Shown: positions 57,491 through 64,000 of the stretch, in pieces | Numbering within the stretch: the stretch's first letter is position 1 | How the letters are laid out: every line of letters starts with the position of its first letter | Origin: Candidatus Poribacteria bacterium | GTDB lineage: Bacteria > Poribacteria > WGA-4E > WGA-3G | NCBI GenBank assembly: GCA_965205015.1 | Contig: OZ242029.1 | Span: 960,001 to 1,024,000, forward strand | Direction: 5' to 3' | DNA: 64,000 nucleotides | Made by a program: the position numbers and the translations under genes | Notes under the pieces: model-generated | Told to the model about the DNA's origin: nothing | What the model saw: only the letters and a program-made list of their open reading frames with translations | The model's database searches: none

Positions 57491-58291
57491 ATGAACAGGT
57501 CTATCCAATTTCTGAACAAGTTTGTATCTCTATCTATCTGTGTTCATTTGATAGGCGTTGCCATCGCAGCCTTATCCATCGTTGGGACAGTAGATAAACA
57601 CGGCGATGCGATTGTCGCTGAATTTGTCTCGTTCCCAGAGACGACACATAAACGCGAGCCGCGTCGAAACCTCAAAGTGCCAGCATTAACACAGCCAGAT
57701 TTCATCCGCTCACAGCCACAGCGGATTCGGACGATTTCAGAAGTCGTACACACACCACAAAGTCAGACACAACTCGTTGTTGATACGCTCCCGGTTTCGA
57801 CTGTTCATCAGGCAACACCGACAGAAATTGGAATAGACGGTGCGAAAACATTTCAGGGTAGTTTACCGTTTCGGGCACCGGATCGTAGCTCACAGCCGAT
57901 CCGTCTGACCTCCAAACGGATACCCCGTCCAGAGTGGACCTTGATACCAACCGTCATTGCAAGCGCTGAAGCCTCCGAACTTCCATCCGTGCCAGCACTG
58001 CAGGACGAACCAATACAAGATGCCCGGTTCTTCCGTAAAGTCGATCCGATATATCCCGAATCTGCCCGTCTTTCCCACAAGGAGGGACTCGTTGTGCTTG
58101 AAGCGACAATCGGTACAGATGGCATAGCGAGAAACATCAAAGTTATCAAGGTAATTGAGATTAGCGGATTAGGGTGTGAAGAGGCGGCAATTACGGCACT
58201 CAAAGCGTCCCGATTCGTGCCAGCGAAACGGGGCAAAGAAGTTGTCAGTCAGCGTCTCCGTATTCCGTACCGCTTCCAGTTTAAAAGTTAG
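57491..58291 (+). CDS. tonB: TonB family energy transducer
   Basis: N-terminal TM with S...H, Pro-rich linker, P.YPESAR....EG.V, F.PA..G, IPYRF. Confidence 0.85.
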   Translation: MNRSIQFLNKFVSLSICVHLIGVAIAALSIVGTVDKHGDAIVAEFVSFPETTHKREPRRNLKVPALTQPDFIRSQPQRIRTISEVVHTPQSQTQLVVDTLPVSTVHQATPTEIGIDGAKTFQGSLPFRAPDRSSQPIRLTSKRIPRPEWTLIPTVIASAEASELPSVPALQDEPIQDARFFRKVDPIYPESARLSHKEGLVVLEATIGTDGIARNIKVIKVIEISGLGCEEAAITALKASRFVPAKRGKEVVSQRLRIPYRFQFKS

Positions 58292-58451
58292 TCACCCTCT
58301 TAGCAATTCCCACCCAACGTCGTCAACGCTATCTGCGGTCCTCTTGTGTCAAGACAAAAATACTTGCACTATCAACACATCCCATCTATAATCTTCACTA
58401 CCGAATTCAATGATATGGAGATTATTTCCGTCACTTCCAAGGAGACAAACT

Positions 58452-59201
58452 ATGGACATTCGACTTAACGACAAGGTGGCTGTGATTACTGGGGCATCTA
58501 CCGGTATTGGTGCCGCAACCGCGATTGAATATGCTAAAGCAGGCGCGAAAGTCGTCTTAGGCGACATCAATGAAGAAGACGCTCAAAAAACACTCAATAC
58601 AATTGTTGAGGTAGGTGGGATTGCTAAGTTTCAACGTACCGATGTCACCATCGAAACTGAAGTAGTGGCTTTGATGGAAATCGCTGATAAGGAATACGGT
58701 GGGATCGATACCTTGGTAACTTCCGCAGGTGTTCTGCGTGGACCGAGTGTCCGCATTGATGATTTTGAAGCTGCAACTTTCGATTCAGTTATCGACGTGA
58801 ATCTCAAAGGCACTTTTTACGCGCTCAAACATGCTGTCCCAATAATGAAACGAGGTGGCGGTGTTATTCTGTGTATCGCCTCTGGTGCCGGGGTTCGCGG
58901 TGGCAGTTCCTCAGTTGCTTACGCGTCCAGCAAAGGGGGGGTCAATGGTCTTGTAATGACGGTAGAAAATCAGGTGGCGTCAATGAACATCCGTATGCAT
59001 ACTATCTGCCCTGGCGGACTCGCAACCCCCCTCAAACTCGGACAGATCGCAGAATCGGCGAAGCGAGATGGACAAGATCCAGATGCGGCGGTTGCGAATG
59101 CCCGGAACTCACTTGGTGATCCAGCGGGGGTCGCGCGCGTCCTTACATTTCTCGCGTCTGATGCAGGCTCATACACCCGCGGGCAGATTTTCACCAGGTG
59201 A
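58452..59201 (+). CDS. SDR family oxidoreductase
   Basis: TGASTGIG, YASSK; AAGGAG SD before ATG 58452. Confidence 0.92.
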   Translation: MDIRLNDKVAVITGASTGIGAATAIEYAKAGAKVVLGDINEEDAQKTLNTIVEVGGIAKFQRTDVTIETEVVALMEIADKEYGGIDTLVTSAGVLRGPSVRIDDFEAATFDSVIDVNLKGTFYALKHAVPIMKRGGGVILCIASGAGVRGGSSSVAYASSKGGVNGLVMTVENQVASMNIRMHTICPGGLATPLKLGQIAESAKRDGQDPDAAVANARNSLGDPAGVARVLTFLASDAGSYTRGQIFTR

Positions 59202-59218
59202 AACCTTACAGCGTGGTC

Positions 59219-59605
59219 CTATAAAGAAAAAGCGTAGTCAAAGTTGAGCCACAAACTTTTTGAATAACGGTAGAAGAAAACGGGAAAGATCGCGGAAAAG
59301 AGTGCCCACACACTTAAATTAATGTAGAAAGGAATAGAAATCAACGTCTCAAATAAGAAATAACTTGGAAAAGCGATGAGGACCGTCGCGCCATAATTGA
59401 GGTACATCGCACCGATAAAGTAACCCGATTCTCGTTCAAACTTCAAATCACATACTGCACAGTGGGTAAACATCCTGAAATACGTTTGAAACAGCGCGCC
59501 TTCACCACACTGTGGACATTTCAGTTGAAAACTACGTCGCAGAATCCTACTGAGGTTTTTAATTATACCTTGGGGCGTCATAGCACAGAAGGGTTCGTGA
59601 AACAC
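59219..59605 (-). CDS. DUF983-like membrane protein
   Basis: CPQCGEG.LF...C..C..KFERE.G, two TM helices; start uncertain. Confidence 0.78.
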   Translation of the reverse strand: MFHEPFCAMTPQGIIKNLSRILRRSFQLKCPQCGEGALFQTYFRMFTHCAVCDLKFERESGYFIGAMYLNYGATVLIAFPSYFLFETLISIPFYINLSVWALFSAIFPVFFYRYSKSLWLNFDYAFSL

Positions 59606-59632
59606 CTTACCTAATAATTAAAAAATGATTCG

Positions 59633-60313
59633 TTAATAGGTGTTGTTATCCCAAAAGACCTTGAAGGTTCGAAGGAGTATTTTAAAATCGTTCCAGAAAG
59701 ATAGATTCTCAATGTACTCCAAATCAACAGGGATGCCATCTCGGATCGCTCCTTGTCGACGTGGACTTAGCTGCCAAAGACCTGTCATCCCTGGACGGAC
59801 GAGGTGGCGTTGATTTTCCCAGGGTTCATAATGTTCGGCAAGAAAAGGCATTTCTGGACGCGGACCCACCAGACTCATCTCACCTTTTAGCACATTGAAA
59901 AGTTGGGGCAACTCATCCAAACTCGTTTTACGGAGCCATTTGCCGATCAGTGTAATGCGCTTGTCATCAATCGCACCAGGTTTCTCGGAATAGGACGGCG
60001 TATCCGCATGGAGACTCCGAAACTTGTGGATAACAAAGAGTTCGTTGTTTAAACCGACCCGCTTGTGTGAGAAAAAGACAGCACCGCGTGAAGTGAGCTT
60101 AATGAGCATGGCAATCAACGCCATTAGAGGGGCAAAGATGATGATAAGAAAAAATGCGGCAATAGCATCAAACAAATGTTTGCCACGCGTTGCGTAGAAA
60201 GAGGAGAGTCGTTCCACAAGAGTCCCTGTTTTTGATATTTTTGGCGAAGCTTGCAAGCCAGTTCCGCTTGCATCTTTTCCTATCTGGTCTATGATTCTTG
60301 ATAGGAATGGCAT
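59633..60313 (-). CDS. Bacterial sugar transferase (priming glycosyltransferase)
   Basis: KFRSL, LRKTSLDELPQL.NVL.GEMSLVGPRP. Confidence 0.93.
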   Translation of the reverse strand: MPFLSRIIDQIGKDASGTGLQASPKISKTGTLVERLSSFYATRGKHLFDAIAAFFLIIIFAPLMALIAMLIKLTSRGAVFFSHKRVGLNNELFVIHKFRSLHADTPSYSEKPGAIDDKRITLIGKWLRKTSLDELPQLFNVLKGEMSLVGPRPEMPFLAEHYEPWENQRHLVRPGMTGLWQLSPRRQGAIRDGIPVDLEYIENLSFWNDFKILLRTFKVFWDNNTY

Positions 60314-60315
60314 GG

Positions 60316-61434
60316 TTAAGTCCTCTGGAGCTTTTCAAAAACATCAAGATATTGCTGTGCTATGTTTTCCCAATTAAATCGTTTTCGGATCTGTTCCGGT
60401 GCGCGCTGCCGGAAATCCTCAACCTGTTCGGGATTTTGTTCCAACATCTGAATTTTTTCTGTAAGCGACGCGAGGTTTTTATCAAAAAGCACTCCATAAC
60501 GCCCACCTTCCAGCACTTCATCGTTGAAGGGCGTATTCAGTGCGAGAATGCAGTTGGAAAACCCTAACGCCTTTAGAATAGAAGGATTAATGCCACCGAA
60601 CTGGTGTCCATGGACGTAGGCAAAGCAGTGATGGTGCAGTTCTTTAATATGCTCGGAACTGTCAATATGTCCAAGAAACCTGACGTTCTCGTTCGCAATG
60701 CTTTTTAACTTCGAGAGAAATTCGTTTTCGAGTTTGTTGCCTTTGTAATCAGCGCCCCCGGCTATCGCGAGTTGTTTTCGGCTCTTTGAAGCAACGAACG
60801 CCTCTAAAATGAGGTCGGCATTGTTATCTGGAACGAGTCGACTGGCAATAAGATAATAATTCCGGGGTTCAAGTCCATAGGTCTCGAGAATTTCTGGATG
60901 TTCCGACGGCTCAATATTCGCGCCATAAGCGATATAGGTAGTTTCTGCGCCTAATTCCTCAAGATAGAGGCGCTTCATTTCAGAGGCATCCGTAATAACA
61001 ATTGGAAACGCTGCTGTCGCCATCTTTGCCGCCCACTTGAAGTAAAGGGCACCAAGCCCTTTCCATTTTGGACGGAGCCATTCCATTCCATCAACGTTGA
61101 TAACAGCGGTTTTGCCCGCGATACGGAAGAACCATCCGAACGGACCATTGCCGGCGTTCCATGTCAAAATGACATCAGATGCGGCAACCGAAGCGTGTAG
61201 CGTTGCGAGAAAACTGTGGCTCAGGGTACTGAACATCTTATGCTCTATGCTTGGCAAATAAACGAGCTTGATGCCCCTCCATTCCGCAGGTCTCTCCTGG
61301 AAAAGTGCCTTCCGGCAGTAGACGATAACTTCATGACCGGCTTCTACCCAGCGGGGGGCAAGTTCACCCATGATAGTCTCAAGTCCACTGTAGGTAGCGG
61401 GGAGCCCGCGTATTCCCAACACCCGAATCCTCAT
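60316..61434 (-). CDS. GT4-type glycosyltransferase (DUF1972-like N-terminus)
   Basis: GIRGLPA.YSG.ET, NVDG.EW.R.KW, GG.NPS.L.AL. Confidence 0.88.
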   Translation of the reverse strand: MRIRVLGIRGLPATYSGLETIMGELAPRWVEAGHEVIVYCRKALFQERPAEWRGIKLVYLPSIEHKMFSTLSHSFLATLHASVAASDVILTWNAGNGPFGWFFRIAGKTAVINVDGMEWLRPKWKGLGALYFKWAAKMATAAFPIVITDASEMKRLYLEELGAETTYIAYGANIEPSEHPEILETYGLEPRNYYLIASRLVPDNNADLILEAFVASKSRKQLAIAGGADYKGNKLENEFLSKLKSIANENVRFLGHIDSSEHIKELHHHCFAYVHGHQFGGINPSILKALGFSNCILALNTPFNDEVLEGGRYGVLFDKNLASLTEKIQMLEQNPEQVEDFRQRAPEQIRKRFNWENIAQQYLDVFEKLQRT

Positions 61435-61564
61435 TTTTCTACTTTTCCTTATATATTATACCCATCTTAGGCGTAAAAGTCCAATTTGTTTTTACGATCG
61501 GGAACCCATCGGCAATGCTTCGTATCCTTTGATGATTGGAACGGTACAAATCTTCATTTTTTTC

Positions 61565-63358
61565 CTACGGAAACCGGTAGAGGAATTTGGCTTCAATTTC
61601 ATTCGCATTTTCGCGGACCTCCGGACGATTTCCCAAGTTCCGTCTCCACACGCGCGCCCACTCTGCATAGAGTGAATAATGTCCAATAACAACCCAATTA
61701 GCCCCGACTGAAAGACGATGCTCACTCTCTGTGACACCAGATAACGGGGTCCAAACGTCGTCTCTTGGGGCATCAGCGGGATGCTCCTTGTCAATATTAC
61801 CGGACCCGTGGCGTTCCAATTCGTAACCGAAAGTCGTTTCAAGTCTATCCGTCCACCGGCGACGTAGTTCTATCCATAGATTATCAGCATCAGAACCGAT
61901 CTGATGCCCAATGGGTGTGGTGAAGTGTTTGTAAACATTCACAGGGTTTACGTGCGTATATGCGTATTGGTTTATAAAGGCGTATTCAGCATGAAAGTCG
62001 GTATCTGCGATGCCAAAAGGGTCTGTTAGATAGATACCGCCGAGGATACCAAATTTCGTATCCCAATGCTTAAAATTCGCTGCCGGGTTCCCATCATCCA
62101 CCATCAGTTCGCCATAAATTTCAAAATCGTCCACAAGGCGAAGCCGCATATCAACACTCATAAGGACATTGTCCCCACTGCCGGGGACGCGCCCATCTGC
62201 CCGTGAAATCGGTTGCTCGTTAATCAGGTAAATATTGACTGGGTTCAGATACCCGGGTTCAAAACGATCGCCGTAGACGACGACTTCAGAGAGGCCAAAA
62301 CCGAACCTATTCCAGAAGTATCCCTCAACCCTATGTCCTGAAATATACTTATCATTGATGTCCTCCGCCATATCCTCCAATACACCCGTGAATGCAGTGA
62401 AGGTGACGGGTTCGTAAGTGGCTTGGAACTTAATCATGTCCATGGCGAGTGGATTTTTGGAGACTAAAAGGCTGTCATGATAGCCAGGTCCCCACTGAAG
62501 TGTATCCTGTCCAAGCTGCAGCTCAAACCACGGCAAGTCAAACTTCAGATAGGCGTTAATAGCAGTCCGATTCTTGAGTCCACCCTCCAATTGCCTAATT
62601 TTCGTTTCATCAGGAAAGAAATCATCAAAAAATTCACCGTAGACAAACCTATGTGCGATATCAGTCGTAAAGGCGAACGTTTCTCCCACCTGTCCATAGA
62701 GATGTGGATAGAAGGTGGTAACATGCATGTTTCCTTCAGTGGGCTGTTCCTCCGACAGATTATCAACAAGATGAGCGATAACACGTTGCGAGGCTCTCAA
62801 GTCGAAAGAGAAACGATAGTTTTTACCCGTCATTGTCATGAGGTGCAATCGTCGGTTTTCGGACGGGCTATGTTTTTTCGTATCAGGGTCAGAACCCCCT
62901 CCTACATCGTTTTCTATAACCTGTTTCGGATGAATAAACCCCTCCCATGCTTCGCGGTAAAAGGTCAATAGCGTATTTAGCCGGTCTTGATCAATGGCAC
63001 TCAATGCGATTTCGCCGTTTTTCTGTTTCCGATCCACCTCTAACAGATAAGACACAACCTGTTTACGAGTGAGCGGTAATGAACCGCGCCGTATGCCGGG
63101 CAAAACCCGCTTATTAAGTAAACGATGCACAAAGCGATAGGTTTCACGATTAAAGTCTGACAAGTCCGGATTGAGCGGAACATTGATGAGCGAGGCAGCC
63201 CATGTCGTTGAGGCAGCTAAGACTAACACTGAAATACAGAGAATTAGCAGCTTTCTAACGATGGACCTTCTCGCATCATTTCCGTTCGTTTCATGATGGT
63301 GTCTGATCACGTCGCAACTGGCTTTGGAATTTGTACGTTTTTTTTCAAGAATCTTCAT
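61565..63358 (-). CDS. wzi: Capsule assembly Wzi family outer-membrane protein
   Basis: WGPG...SLL.S.N, GHR.E, SE.VVYG, YGELMVDD; start probably downstream of the annotated one. Confidence 0.72.
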   Translation of the reverse strand: MKILEKKRTNSKASCDVIRHHHETNGNDARRSIVRKLLILCISVLVLAASTTWAASLINVPLNPDLSDFNRETYRFVHRLLNKRVLPGIRRGSLPLTRKQVVSYLLEVDRKQKNGEIALSAIDQDRLNTLLTFYREAWEGFIHPKQVIENDVGGGSDPDTKKHSPSENRRLHLMTMTGKNYRFSFDLRASQRVIAHLVDNLSEEQPTEGNMHVTTFYPHLYGQVGETFAFTTDIAHRFVYGEFFDDFFPDETKIRQLEGGLKNRTAINAYLKFDLPWFELQLGQDTLQWGPGYHDSLLVSKNPLAMDMIKFQATYEPVTFTAFTGVLEDMAEDINDKYISGHRVEGYFWNRFGFGLSEVVVYGDRFEPGYLNPVNIYLINEQPISRADGRVPGSGDNVLMSVDMRLRLVDDFEIYGELMVDDGNPAANFKHWDTKFGILGGIYLTDPFGIADTDFHAEYAFINQYAYTHVNPVNVYKHFTTPIGHQIGSDADNLWIELRRRWTDRLETTFGYELERHGSGNIDKEHPADAPRDDVWTPLSGVTESEHRLSVGANWVVIGHYSLYAEWARVWRRNLGNRPEVRENANEIEAKFLYRFP

Positions 63359-63999
63359 TTTAAAATCACCATTTGGCGTGTGGCTTTAATGTGTCCTGCC
63401 TGAAGCGTATAAAAGTAAACGCCACTTGCCACAGGTTCACCGACAGCATTCCGACCATCCCAATACGCCGCACGCGATCGCGTCCGATAAGTGCCAGCAC
63501 TTTGAAATCCGAGCGATAACCGACGGACAGATTCACCTTCTACGTTATAGATGTGAATCTCAACATCCGAACCTTCCGCCAAATCGTACGGGATCCACGT
63601 CTCAGGATTAAATGGATTCGGATAATTTACCAGAAGCACTGTTTCCTTGGGTATTGCCGTATTTATGAGACGCTCTAAGGCAGCAATGCCCTGTTGAAAA
63701 GCAAGGGAACCGTCATTCGCGCCCCGCGCTTCAGTCAGCCACTGTTCCACTAAGTCAAAATGCTCCGTTAAGGTTTCGGGGTTCCAAACCTCTCCCACAA
63801 GCGATGGGGCAGCAGGCGTACTGGATTCACCGAAATGCCCAGCAACCAGAATCAAGTCAAGAATGTTAACTTTACCATCCTTGTTCACGTCAACTTTCGG
63901 GTGTGCCGGCGTTTCCTCACCAATACTGCTTGAAATTAGGACGAGATCCCGGATATCAACGACCCCATCGTTATTTATATCCCAAGGTAATGTACGCGG
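63355..63999 (-). CDS. Dockerin-like + FlgD-Ig/T9SS-type CTD protein, C-terminal part (runs off window end)
   Basis: WDINNDGVVDIRDL, DVNKDGKVNILDL, NYPNPFNPETWIPY; frame open to window edge. Confidence 0.88.
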   Translation of the reverse strand, partial: PRTLPWDINNDGVVDIRDLVLISSSIGEETPAHPKVDVNKDGKVNILDLILVAGHFGESSTPAAPSLVGEVWNPETLTEHFDLVEQWLTEARGANDGSLAFQQGIAALERLINTAIPKETVLLVNYPNPFNPETWIPYDLAEGSDVEIHIYNVEGESVRRLSLGFQSAGTYRTRSRAAYWDGRNAVGEPVASGVYFYTLQAGHIKATRQMVILK

Positions 64000-64000
64000 A

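Overview
Bacterial chromosomal window. Its gene content strongly resembles Candidatus Poribacteria (inference, not a database result): five PhyH-family Fe/2OG dioxygenases, Gfo/Idh/MocA oxidoreductases, LamG proteins, WD40/dockerin/FlgD-CTD exported proteins, a sulfatase-fold enzyme, and dense intergenic heptamer palindromes. The first ~45 kb is accessory catabolic and exported-protein territory. The last ~14 kb is envelope housekeeping: ABC1 kinase, ruvX, mltG, lpxC-fabZ, lpxA, lpxI, tonB and capsule genes. Mobile and defence content comprises an intact IS4-family element (21-bp TIRs, 9-bp TSD), RelE and VapC toxin-antitoxin loci and a type II-like R-M pair. The best novel candidate is a 1,886-bp unit (24916-26801) bounded by 19/21-bp terminal inverted repeats. 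It encodes only two coupled DUF1670-like proteins, has no DDE transposase and no target duplication, and may be an uncharacterised class of mobile element. Other highlights: two selenoproteins the ORF track splits or misses (a UxxC peroxiredoxin-like fusion and a CxxU SelW/Rdx protein), a shared C-terminal 'L(A/T)T(T/V)WGx(I/L)K' motif on five exported proteins, a PhyH pair lacking the iron-binding carboxylate, a Thr-nucleophile sulfatase-like enzyme, and several dispersed repeat families. No rRNA, tRNA or CRISPR array was seen.
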